Part shown: positions 36,601 through 44,146 of the stretch, piece by piece | How positions within the stretch are numbered: position 1 is the stretch's first letter | Layout of the letters: the number at the start of each line of letters is the position of its first letter | Source of the DNA: an uncultured Bdellovibrionales bacterium | GTDB taxonomy: Bacteria; Patescibacteriota; Minisyncoccia; Moranbacterales; DUUL01 | DNA length: 54,846 bases | Assembly (NCBI GenBank): GCA_964346295.1 | Contig: CAYFUG010000006.1 | Span: forward strand, 1-54,846 | Direction of reading: 5' to 3' | Made by a program: the position numbers and the translations under genes | Notes under the pieces: generated by a model | The model's database searches: none | What the model was told of the DNA's origin: nothing | What the model saw: the letters and a program-made list of their open reading frames with translations, nothing else

Positions 36601-36936
36601 CCCTTGAAGGGAGAAGACAAGGAACTATTGGAGCAGGTGGTTAATTCTATTTCGCCTAAAGCCAATCTAAATCTAGAGATTCCAAAGGAGATTTACTACC
36701 CGGGTGGTTGTGATAAGTGCTATAATTTGGGTTACGAAGGTCGGGTGCCAGTAGTAGAAGTATTGGAAGTGGGAGAGGCGATGGAGAAGATACTCTCGGG
36801 AATGCCGACTACTAGAGAGATTGAGGACAAGGCAGTGGAGTCGGGAATGTTAACTATGACCCAAGATGGAATCCTAAAAGTGATTGAGGGAGTTACTGCG
36901 CTGGAGGAGGTGTCTCGTATTAGCCGCGAGTTTTAG
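33637..36936 (+). CDS. Tandem-fused double PilB/GspE-family secretion ATPase (two complete ATPase units in one 1099-aa polypeptide)
   Basis: Unit 1 (about nt 33637-35590): disordered N-terminus, T2SSE_N-like segment, Walker A GPTGSGKTT, Asp box SIEDPVEYQ, Walker B DPDVILVGEIRDEETA, His box LTGHLVLSTIHAN, and tetra-Cys CPHC...CTKC. Unit 2 (about nt 35590-36936): GDIHIEP..., GPTGSGKTT, TVEDPIEYQ, NPDIMMIGEIRDEETA, LTGHLVLSTLHTN, and CPHC...CDKC. Confidence 0.9.
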   Translation: MNKEDLKEAGQSPGSSGVRGEVGQRQAAQAQAQAEASSQVKPQSQISTASLGNDKSNGDLSDDSQDSWASFRSDSEGEEERLAEEERLRDLKSLRKDNFNVGNDARLHRTLKKSHRKSEEERASQLAKRMKLPYLDLNIFPVDQENVTIIPKEKAQKLKLAIIFKKGKKVKVALSDPEDPAARSFLEDFQSQHGYDLEAYVVSYSSLERAWEGYDKIKLIDKFDYLRMGLSGEDLAEFEKNLKGLVDLEKRISEIPTTEVFNMITAGAMKLDASDIHFEPQKNEKVRLRYRIDGVLQDVAEFPINTYSSIVSRVKVLAKMMLNVHDAAQDGRFSIRLDDNEDMGVRVSIIPGSFGESIVMRLLSQKMDDLELSKLGLQGINHEWLMDQTEKKQGLIINSGPTGSGKTTTLYSIIKHLNTPDRKIISIEDPVEYQIPGVSQTQVNEEEGYTFQEGLRAVVRQDPDVILVGEIRDEETAETAIHSALTGHLVLSTIHANSAAGVVGRILDLGVKPSLIGPAANVFIAQRLLRRLCPHCKEKYEPAQETVEVIKKMLSLVSPHSKVEVPKDIEALWRPKGCTKCRGLGYKGRVGIFEILKVDSDIKELIENLSSEDEIRNVALEKGMITLEQDGMLKSIAGETSLEELQRVAGKGDYLIEIYNKLMVQSLAGGILLEEKYFNNLEKVIKNRPLMSKVLSKLKSTGMLKGIMTGGVLMKAGDIHIEPGDGEFKVRYRVDGVLHDIVSLPMGDFLSLVNEIKSLAGFKTESREGVIDGRFRLILPDSLHQKVGEKIDIRLSIILGGFGDIIVMRLLRSDSLKPKLESLEINTLSLERIKRNIVRPNGIVINTGPTGSGKTTTLYSILGHLNRPELKIITVEDPIEYQMDGIIQTQVNDKEGYTFATAMRSLLRQNPDIMMIGEIRDEETAQIAYQAALTGHLVLSTLHTNSAAGSFQRLLNMNMNISDLSSGTNCFMAQRLIRKICPHCKQKLPLKGEDKELLEQVVNSISPKANLNLEIPKEIYYPGGCDKCYNLGYEGRVPVVEVLEVGEAMEKILSGMPTTREIEDKAVESGMLTMTQDGILKVIEGVTALEEVSRISREF

Positions 36937-36940
36937 AGGG

Positions 36941-37062
36941 GGACTTTCAAATTTGGTGAATCTCGTTGTTGCCGCCTGCGTTTTGACCTCACCGTACCTC
37001 TCTCAGTACGGCTCAGCCAAAGCCTCGGCGTCGCCTAGAGCTTCACTCAAATTTGAAAGTCC
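36941..37062. repeat. Long copy of intergenic repeat family A
   Basis: 15-bp perfect terminal inverted repeats GGACTTTCAAATTTG / CAAATTTGAAAGTCC enclose 92 nt with an inner hairpin CCGTAC-ctctctca-GTACGG. Starts 5 nt after the stop of the double ATPase gene and is followed by TTTT. Confidence 0.75.
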
Positions 37063-37206
37063 TAGGTTTTGCTGTTACAAGTTGTAGTTTATTGTTAAAG
37101 TTTCCGTGCCTCATTCACTGTACTTCTAGTACTAGTACAGCTCATTTCGGTGCTCAACTTTTCCCTCGCCTTTGCGTAGCCGCTACGGCGGAGCAAGTTA
37201 GAACTG

Positions 37207-37253
37207 CACTCAAATTTGAAAGCCCTAAATTATGAGGATAGTTTCGTTGTTGC
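37207..37253. repeat. Further family A fragments: right-end motif CACTCAAATTTGAAAGCCC followed by left-internal motif TTTCGTTGTTGC
   Basis: By-eye matches to 37045..37062 / 36961..36972 and to 1312..1341. Confidence 0.55.
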
Positions 37254-37362
37254 TGGTTACATTTTGGCACTATTTTTTGGCAGGGGCCCGTCATGGCATG
37301 TCTCCTCGGCGGGGTATCTCAAGAGCGCAGATTAGCAGGTATTTTAGCCTAATTTAGAGTAG

Positions 37363-37395
37363 ATTCCGGATATTTCCGCAGGAAATATCCGGAAT
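37363..37395. repeat. Perfect 15-bp-stem palindrome ATTCCGGATATTTCC-gca-GGAAATATCCGGAAT (repeat family C), 36 nt upstream of fba
   Basis: Exact reverse-complement arms. The following bases complete CCGGAATGACA, which is shared with 12158..12168 and 44266..44275. Confidence 0.85.
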
Positions 37396-37431
37396 GACAA
37401 GATTTTATATAAAACAATTAATATTAAAAAA

Positions 37432-38286
37432 ATGAGAGGAAAAACGATCGAAATTTTAACCAAAGCAATGAAGGGGGGATACGCTGTAGGGGCCTTCAAC
37501 ACCACCAATTTGGAGTTTACTCAGGGGATTGTGCGAGCAGCGAATGAGCTGGAGCGAGATTGTGTGATTCAAATTACCCCTAAAACGATGCGTTATGGCT
37601 GTGCTCCGGTGATGCTAAAAATGATTGAGGCAGTGGTCGAGCGAGAGGGAAATTCTTGTTCCATCGGATTACACTTGGATCATGGCAAGAGCTTTGATGA
37701 TGTGGTGGAAGCGATTGAGGCCGGAGTGGATTCGGTGATGATTGATGCTTCTCGAATGGAATTCAAGGACAATATGGACACTACCAAGCGAGTGGTGGAC
37801 TATGCTCACGAGAAGGGAGTAACTGTTCAGGCAGAGTTAGGGAATGTGCCCTACTTGGGGCAAGAAGAACAGGAAATCAACTGGGAAGAAGTGATGACTA
37901 ACCCCCAACAGGCAGCAGAATTAGTAGAAAAAACTGGCATCGACGCTTTAGCGGTAGGGATTGGTAATGCTCACGGATTTTTTCGGGAGCGAGAGGAGCC
38001 AGACTGGGAGAGGCTGGCTAAAATTCGAGAGCTACTGCCAGATTTGCCTTTGATTATGCATGGGTCTTCCAGCTGGAAGGAGGAGAATGTTAAGAAGGCA
38101 ATTGAGGGAGGAGTTTGCTGCTTTAATATTGACACTGATGTCCGGGTAGCCGCCATGACGGAGGTTTGCAATATCTTGGGAGATCGTTGTGAGGTTAGCG
38201 ATCCGCGGAAAGTTTTTGGTCCCATGCGAGAAGAAATTAGCAAAAAAGTTAAGGAAAAAATCAAAATGTTTGCCAGAAAAAACTAG
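37432..38286 (+). CDS. fba: Class II fructose-bisphosphate aldolase
   Basis: 284 aa with AFNTTNLE, zinc ligand block LHLDHG, IGNAHG and MHGSSS motifs. Confidence 0.88.
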   Translation: MRGKTIEILTKAMKGGYAVGAFNTTNLEFTQGIVRAANELERDCVIQITPKTMRYGCAPVMLKMIEAVVEREGNSCSIGLHLDHGKSFDDVVEAIEAGVDSVMIDASRMEFKDNMDTTKRVVDYAHEKGVTVQAELGNVPYLGQEEQEINWEEVMTNPQQAAELVEKTGIDALAVGIGNAHGFFREREEPDWERLAKIRELLPDLPLIMHGSSSWKEENVKKAIEGGVCCFNIDTDVRVAAMTEVCNILGDRCEVSDPRKVFGPMREEISKKVKEKIKMFARKN

Positions 38287-38321
38287 ATAGTGTATAATCA
38301 ATTCATAATATTGTTTTTTCA

Positions 38322-40425
38322 AATACCAAAACTTAACCAAAAATCAAAACCAATGAAACCACGGACCCTCAAAAAGTCTCTCCGGTGGACTTTGATGAGC
38401 TTAGCTTGTCTTAGTTTACTGGTGACCTACCAACCCTTAGCGGCCCAAGAAGAAGAGCAGCCTCCTCAGCCTCAAATTCAAGCTATTGACGCTGTCTTAG
38501 TCCAACCGCCAGGACAAGTCAATCAAGCAGTTCATCTAACGGCAGAAGCTCAAAACTACTCTCAAACAGGCCTTACGGCTGGAGTAGCCATTTTCCAAAA
38601 CCAAGGAGAAACCAGGCAACTAAAAGACCGGATGACTCTGGATGGACCAGTCTACCTGCCCAAGGAAGAGGCAATTGTAGTTGAAATTCCTTACAGTCCC
38701 GCTCCTTACTTAAACGGAGAATTTGAGGTGGTAGCCTTTCTAGAGACTCCCGGAGGAGATCAAGTAGCATTCAAGAGTTTGGGAGAAATGAATTTCCAGG
38801 GAACTCAACCTTTTGCTCAAATTAAAAGCGAAGAATGTTCTCTAACAGCAGGAGACAATCAATTTTCTCCAGGTCAAGTAGCTCAAACAACTGATTCTCT
38901 TAGTATCTCTTGCCCGGTTCAAAATCAATCCAGCGAGACTCTAACGCTTACTCCTAGCTTTCAAGACCAGCCGCAAGCTGATCAAGAATTTACCCTTAGT
39001 CCCAATCAACAAAAAACAGTTACTTTAGAAGTTCCGGTTCCATCCGATCCGGGTCTTTATCAATCTAAATTAGAACTGCTTAGTCAAAGCCAAGAAGCTT
39101 CCAATGAGGTCCTTTTCAGTTATCACAAAACCGGCAATAGCGCTTTGATTTGGCAAGTTTCTTCTGACGATCAAGGTCAAGTTTTTGTTAATTGGTCTTC
39201 TGCTAAGAGCACTTATCGATTAGACACCAGCCTCACTGAAGAAGAAGCTCCCAAGTTCACTCTAACCGCCAAGGCTTGTGGTAAAGAAGCTACTCAAGAA
39301 GATCCCGCTCTGGGACTGGAGAGGATGAAAATTTCTCCCGAACCTCTCAAGCTTGCTACTAGCTGCAACAATCCAACTTTAAGCCTGACAGTAGAAGATG
39401 ATCAAGGAGAAACTGTTCTAGAAGAAACCTATCCCCTTTATCAAAAACAAGCTGATCAAGCCGCCGGTGATCCAATGCTGGATGCTTCCTTAGAAGGAGA
39501 AGAAGAGGGGTCTTTCAATTGGCTACTAGCAATCGGAGGGGGAATTGCTCTAATTATCATAATTGTAATTCTCATCAAAATCATGAAAGACCGAAAACCC
39601 CCGATGGTAACTCCCGGATCTAGCAACGGCTCCAAACTCTCTGCCTTACTCTTCGCTTTCCTTTTAGCGGGAGGATTGCTAATGAGTGGAGGAGTAGAGG
39701 CAAGAGATGATGGTTTCAGTGGCTACATGAACGACTTTGTTAATCCAGATGGTACGCTTAATTGTCCCCCTGGTAGATTTTGTGAGCTTACGGGTCCCAG
39801 CTCTACTGATAATGTAAAATGCGTCTCCTTGGAATATCATGACGAATATCCCTACAGAGTCCAGTACGATGATTGCAGAGTGTACGATGTTTGTCGGTTC
39901 TGTGGAAGCGGAGATTCCGAAACTGTCTTGAGATCAGAGTGTGCGGGAACTTACATTTGCCATAAAGATGGTCAAGTCACAGCCACCACTGGGCAGGCCT
40001 CGGTTATTAATAGTGGACCAGGTTTTGTCAAGGTTAATTTTAAGAGTGGTATGCTAACTAGGTATTCTGGATTAGGAACTTGCACCGGGAGAGAGTGTAC
40101 ACCGCCCTTAATTTTTGCCAAGGATAGCTGTGACAAAACCTTCACCTTTAGTTACGAGGCGCCCAACCAAGCTCCTTCTGCTTCCATCACCTCTCCTTCT
40201 AGCGGCACTAGCGCTACTACCGGTGAGACTGTTTCCCTTTCCGGGAGCGGCTCCGATCCGGACGGAGATTCTTTGAGCTACACTTGGTATCAATCCTCCA
40301 GCTGCAGCGGAACTGCTATTGGATCTGGCAGGACTGCCAGCACCTCCTTTACAACTGCCGGAACCAAGTATGTTTCTCTTCGGGTCAGTGATGGCAAGGG
40401 AGGAACGGATTGTGCTAGTGTGAGC
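38322..40425 (+). repeat. Tandem direct repeat, copy 1 (2104 bp)
   Basis: Identical to 40910..43013 at every position I compared (offset 2588 bp). The encoded 691 aa and two antisense-frame translations are also identical. It includes 31 nt of 5' leader. Confidence 0.9.
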
Positions 40426-40887
40426 GTGGAGGTGGGTGAAGTAGCAGGAGAATGTGGTCCTTCCGGGAATCCGGGGAGGAATTTCACTAGCGTTAATCAA
40501 TGGGCTTCTCAACTTAGCGATGCTTGCGCTGGCGGTAGTCCTACGAATGTTAAGATGACGGTAGGAGCGAGTGGCGATGCCCAATTAACTTGGAGTTGCT
40601 CTGGAGGGGGGGGTAGTACAGTGACAACTCCAACTCCAACTCCAACTCCAACTCCAACTCCAACGGTAACTTGTCCAGCTGGAACATTTAATATTAATGG
40701 AGCTTGCATTCCCTGTAGTCAGTTAACAAGGAGCCAGTGCCAGGAGGCAAGTGCTCAAGGGAGGCTGGATGATGGTAAGTGGACTACTTGCTTTTATATG
40801 ACTTGTGACCCAGGGGACGATTACGACAACTGGGCATGCCTTGAAAGGCCTACCACGAGTGCTGTTATTGATTGTCATGCCAATTAG
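38353..40887 (+). CDS. Surface protein paralog A (844 aa): signal peptide, extracellular domain, TM hairpin, Cys-rich region, PKD-like domain, TP linker, CPAGTF-type Cys-rich tip
   Basis: I chose the start at ATG 38353 (MKPRTLKKSLRWTLMSLACLSLLVTYQPLAAQ is a signal peptide). TM segments WLLAIGGGIALIIIIVILIKIM and LSALLFAFLLAGGLLMSGG. PKD-like block SGSGSDPDGDSLSYTW...YVSLRVSDGKGG. Unique 153-aa C-terminus. Confidence 0.85.
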   Translation: MKPRTLKKSLRWTLMSLACLSLLVTYQPLAAQEEEQPPQPQIQAIDAVLVQPPGQVNQAVHLTAEAQNYSQTGLTAGVAIFQNQGETRQLKDRMTLDGPVYLPKEEAIVVEIPYSPAPYLNGEFEVVAFLETPGGDQVAFKSLGEMNFQGTQPFAQIKSEECSLTAGDNQFSPGQVAQTTDSLSISCPVQNQSSETLTLTPSFQDQPQADQEFTLSPNQQKTVTLEVPVPSDPGLYQSKLELLSQSQEASNEVLFSYHKTGNSALIWQVSSDDQGQVFVNWSSAKSTYRLDTSLTEEEAPKFTLTAKACGKEATQEDPALGLERMKISPEPLKLATSCNNPTLSLTVEDDQGETVLEETYPLYQKQADQAAGDPMLDASLEGEEEGSFNWLLAIGGGIALIIIIVILIKIMKDRKPPMVTPGSSNGSKLSALLFAFLLAGGLLMSGGVEARDDGFSGYMNDFVNPDGTLNCPPGRFCELTGPSSTDNVKCVSLEYHDEYPYRVQYDDCRVYDVCRFCGSGDSETVLRSECAGTYICHKDGQVTATTGQASVINSGPGFVKVNFKSGMLTRYSGLGTCTGRECTPPLIFAKDSCDKTFTFSYEAPNQAPSASITSPSSGTSATTGETVSLSGSGSDPDGDSLSYTWYQSSSCSGTAIGSGRTASTSFTTAGTKYVSLRVSDGKGGTDCASVSVEVGEVAGECGPSGNPGRNFTSVNQWASQLSDACAGGSPTNVKMTVGASGDAQLTWSCSGGGGSTVTTPTPTPTPTPTPTVTCPAGTFNINGACIPCSQLTRSQCQEASAQGRLDDGKWTTCFYMTCDPGDDYDNWACLERPTTSAVIDCHAN
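40627..40662 (+). repeat. Hexanucleotide microsatellite (ACTCCA)x6 encoding (TP)6 in the paralog A tip
   Basis: Six perfect tandem units counted directly. Confidence 0.95.
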
Positions 40888-40909
40888 TTAAAATCAATAA
40901 TCAAGTGTC

Positions 40910-43013
40910 AATACCAAAACTTAACCAAAAATCAAAACCAATGAAACCACGGACCCTCAAAAAGTCTCTCCGGTGGACTTTGATGAGCTTAGCTTGTCTT
41001 AGTTTACTGGTGACCTACCAACCCTTAGCGGCCCAAGAAGAAGAGCAGCCTCCTCAGCCTCAAATTCAAGCTATTGACGCTGTCTTAGTCCAACCGCCAG
41101 GACAAGTCAATCAAGCAGTTCATCTAACGGCAGAAGCTCAAAACTACTCTCAAACAGGCCTTACGGCTGGAGTAGCCATTTTCCAAAACCAAGGAGAAAC
41201 CAGGCAACTAAAAGACCGGATGACTCTGGATGGACCAGTCTACCTGCCCAAGGAAGAGGCAATTGTAGTTGAAATTCCTTACAGTCCCGCTCCTTACTTA
41301 AACGGAGAATTTGAGGTGGTAGCCTTTCTAGAGACTCCCGGAGGAGATCAAGTAGCATTCAAGAGTTTGGGAGAAATGAATTTCCAGGGAACTCAACCTT
41401 TTGCTCAAATTAAAAGCGAAGAATGTTCTCTAACAGCAGGAGACAATCAATTTTCTCCAGGTCAAGTAGCTCAAACAACTGATTCTCTTAGTATCTCTTG
41501 CCCGGTTCAAAATCAATCCAGCGAGACTCTAACGCTTACTCCTAGCTTTCAAGACCAGCCGCAAGCTGATCAAGAATTTACCCTTAGTCCCAATCAACAA
41601 AAAACAGTTACTTTAGAAGTTCCGGTTCCATCCGATCCGGGTCTTTATCAATCTAAATTAGAACTGCTTAGTCAAAGCCAAGAAGCTTCCAATGAGGTCC
41701 TTTTCAGTTATCACAAAACCGGCAATAGCGCTTTGATTTGGCAAGTTTCTTCTGACGATCAAGGTCAAGTTTTTGTTAATTGGTCTTCTGCTAAGAGCAC
41801 TTATCGATTAGACACCAGCCTCACTGAAGAAGAAGCTCCCAAGTTCACTCTAACCGCCAAGGCTTGTGGTAAAGAAGCTACTCAAGAAGATCCCGCTCTG
41901 GGACTGGAGAGGATGAAAATTTCTCCCGAACCTCTCAAGCTTGCTACTAGCTGCAACAATCCAACTTTAAGCCTGACAGTAGAAGATGATCAAGGAGAAA
42001 CTGTTCTAGAAGAAACCTATCCCCTTTATCAAAAACAAGCTGATCAAGCCGCCGGTGATCCAATGCTGGATGCTTCCTTAGAAGGAGAAGAAGAGGGGTC
42101 TTTCAATTGGCTACTAGCAATCGGAGGGGGAATTGCTCTAATTATCATAATTGTAATTCTCATCAAAATCATGAAAGACCGAAAACCCCCGATGGTAACT
42201 CCCGGATCTAGCAACGGCTCCAAACTCTCTGCCTTACTCTTCGCTTTCCTTTTAGCGGGAGGATTGCTAATGAGTGGAGGAGTAGAGGCAAGAGATGATG
42301 GTTTCAGTGGCTACATGAACGACTTTGTTAATCCAGATGGTACGCTTAATTGTCCCCCTGGTAGATTTTGTGAGCTTACGGGTCCCAGCTCTACTGATAA
42401 TGTAAAATGCGTCTCCTTGGAATATCATGACGAATATCCCTACAGAGTCCAGTACGATGATTGCAGAGTGTACGATGTTTGTCGGTTCTGTGGAAGCGGA
42501 GATTCCGAAACTGTCTTGAGATCAGAGTGTGCGGGAACTTACATTTGCCATAAAGATGGTCAAGTCACAGCCACCACTGGGCAGGCCTCGGTTATTAATA
42601 GTGGACCAGGTTTTGTCAAGGTTAATTTTAAGAGTGGTATGCTAACTAGGTATTCTGGATTAGGAACTTGCACCGGGAGAGAGTGTACACCGCCCTTAAT
42701 TTTTGCCAAGGATAGCTGTGACAAAACCTTCACCTTTAGTTACGAGGCGCCCAACCAAGCTCCTTCTGCTTCCATCACCTCTCCTTCTAGCGGCACTAGC
42801 GCTACTACCGGTGAGACTGTTTCCCTTTCCGGGAGCGGCTCCGATCCGGACGGAGATTCTTTGAGCTACACTTGGTATCAATCCTCCAGCTGCAGCGGAA
42901 CTGCTATTGGATCTGGCAGGACTGCCAGCACCTCCTTTACAACTGCCGGAACCAAGTATGTTTCTCTTCGGGTCAGTGATGGCAAGGGAGGAACGGATTG
43001 TGCTAGTGTGAGC
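40910..43013 (+). repeat. Tandem direct repeat, copy 2 (2104 bp)
   Basis: See 38322..40425. Confidence 0.9.
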
Positions 43014-43679
43014 CTGAGTGTGACAGCCGGAGGTACTGGAGGGACTTGTACCGCTACCATTAACCATCCAATTCTGGGTCCTGGTGGCAGCGGAGGAACT
43101 CCCGTAGGCGGTGGTAGTGTGGTAATTGATGGTGAAAATAACGGAGGAAATATCAGCTTAAATTTAGATGCTACTCCGGATAATGTTAGTTCCCCTGGAG
43201 ACGCTTCTATGGAGTCTACTTTATCGATTAGCGACCCTTCGGTCACGGCTATTTTAGGGCTAGGAGTGACTAATTATGATCTGATCTGCGATAACGGTGG
43301 CCAACAATACGCCCTAGCAGAACAAACTGGCTCGGAAACGCAGCCTTGCGGATATTCAGTAGGAGGGGGTAATGTAATGCAAACTTTTACTCCTCAATCT
43401 ACTCTTACCATTCCAACAGGGACCTATCAAGTGACTTTGCCAGGAGGACAGCCGTATACTGCTCAGTATCAGGCTAAATTTGTTATCCAGGCTAATGAGA
43501 GTATTTTAGCTACTCAATCGGGAGTTTGTGGAAATGGTATTCTGGATAGTGGAGAAGAGTGCGATGACGGGCCTCTTAATGGTACTTGTGCCCAGGGTAG
43601 AACTTGTAGCTCTAATTGCACTGAAAATAATTGCACCGACTTTGAGCAAGGGGGTTCTTATTATGAAGTGAACCCTTAG
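40941..43679 (+). CDS. Surface protein paralog B (912 aa): same 691-aa body as paralog A, with a different 221-aa tip ending in a Myxococcus-type cysteine-rich repeat
   Basis: Start at ATG 40941, equivalent to 38353. The unique C-terminus contains CGNGILDSGEECDDGPLNGTC...C...C. Confidence 0.85.
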   Translation: MKPRTLKKSLRWTLMSLACLSLLVTYQPLAAQEEEQPPQPQIQAIDAVLVQPPGQVNQAVHLTAEAQNYSQTGLTAGVAIFQNQGETRQLKDRMTLDGPVYLPKEEAIVVEIPYSPAPYLNGEFEVVAFLETPGGDQVAFKSLGEMNFQGTQPFAQIKSEECSLTAGDNQFSPGQVAQTTDSLSISCPVQNQSSETLTLTPSFQDQPQADQEFTLSPNQQKTVTLEVPVPSDPGLYQSKLELLSQSQEASNEVLFSYHKTGNSALIWQVSSDDQGQVFVNWSSAKSTYRLDTSLTEEEAPKFTLTAKACGKEATQEDPALGLERMKISPEPLKLATSCNNPTLSLTVEDDQGETVLEETYPLYQKQADQAAGDPMLDASLEGEEEGSFNWLLAIGGGIALIIIIVILIKIMKDRKPPMVTPGSSNGSKLSALLFAFLLAGGLLMSGGVEARDDGFSGYMNDFVNPDGTLNCPPGRFCELTGPSSTDNVKCVSLEYHDEYPYRVQYDDCRVYDVCRFCGSGDSETVLRSECAGTYICHKDGQVTATTGQASVINSGPGFVKVNFKSGMLTRYSGLGTCTGRECTPPLIFAKDSCDKTFTFSYEAPNQAPSASITSPSSGTSATTGETVSLSGSGSDPDGDSLSYTWYQSSSCSGTAIGSGRTASTSFTTAGTKYVSLRVSDGKGGTDCASVSLSVTAGGTGGTCTATINHPILGPGGSGGTPVGGGSVVIDGENNGGNISLNLDATPDNVSSPGDASMESTLSISDPSVTAILGLGVTNYDLICDNGGQQYALAEQTGSETQPCGYSVGGGNVMQTFTPQSTLTIPTGTYQVTLPGGQPYTAQYQAKFVIQANESILATQSGVCGNGILDSGEECDDGPLNGTCAQGRTCSSNCTENNCTDFEQGGSYYEVNP

Positions 43680-43773
43680 TAGCTGGGTTGTGTGTGGTCA
43701 GTCTTCTGAGAATCTCTGAGTTTCTCGATCAATCTAGTTAACGCATCGAGTAGCTTAAGATTAGTTGGAAAAC

Positions 43774-43808
43774 AAAAAACAGTGGGGGCATTTCCTCGCT
43801 GTTTTTTT
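43774..43808. terminator. Bidirectional-type intrinsic terminator candidate after paralog B
   Basis: AAAAAACAGTGGG-loop-CCTCGCTGTTTTTTT: about 9 bp of stem including G-T pairs, flanked by an A-run and a T-run. Confidence 0.55.
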
Positions 43809-43898
43809 AATCTCTAAAAACTTCACAATATTATACATATTAGTTATAGTTAAATCAGTTAGAAATTCCTCCAGTTTTTAGAGGGCTCGCCTCCAGCT

Positions 43899-43928
43899 TC
43901 CCCCTTTATAAAAGAGGTTAGGGGGATT
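43899..43928 (-). repeat. Short intergenic copy of repeat family B (AATCCCCCTAACC ... TTTATAAAGGGGGA on the minus strand)
   Basis: The reverse complement shares AATCCCCCTAACC and CTTT.ATAA.GGGGA with the two in-frame copies inside fpg (46416, 46743). Confidence 0.6.
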
Positions 43929-44056
43929 GAGCAAATCAAGAAAAATGTGACTATTTAGAATGAATTAACTATAAACAAAGGAGCATAAAAAATAAAAACA
44001 AGGATTTTTTAGCAAAAAAATAGGAAGAGAAAGGTGGGTGATTGGAAAGTGAAAGG

Positions 44057-44085
44057 TTGCGTTGGGTGGGATAAGGGGGTAAAAT
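44057..44085 (+). promoter_or_regulatory. Promoter candidate: TTGCGT, 17-nt spacer, TAAAAT, with a G-rich spacer
   Basis: GGTTGCGTTGGGTGGGATAAGGGGGTAAAAT. It sits 380 nt upstream of pyrG and directly upstream of the nested palindrome 44147..44311. Confidence 0.35.
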
Positions 44086-44146
44086 AACTAGGAATAATAA
44101 TTAATCTCCTGGGGATAGCGAATAGCTTGCTATTTAGAAGTTTGAC

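Noticed and set aside
36884-37235. ORFs 36884..37087 and 37053..37235 (+)
   Set aside because: They run through the family A palindromic repeats and the 3' end of the ATPase gene. They are translations of repeat DNA, not genes.
38290-38352. Upstream extensions of the two paralog ORFs (track starts 38290 and, via TTG, 40872)
   Set aside because: The extensions differ between the copies and precede a textbook signal peptide that starts at the shared ATG (38353/40941). The second extension also overlaps the end of paralog A.
40627-40662. A CRISPR array, considered for this array and for the dispersed palindromes
   Set aside because: The units are 6 nt with no spacers and lie in frame inside a gene. 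The other repeats are dispersed single copies with no regular repeat-spacer periodicity and no cas genes.
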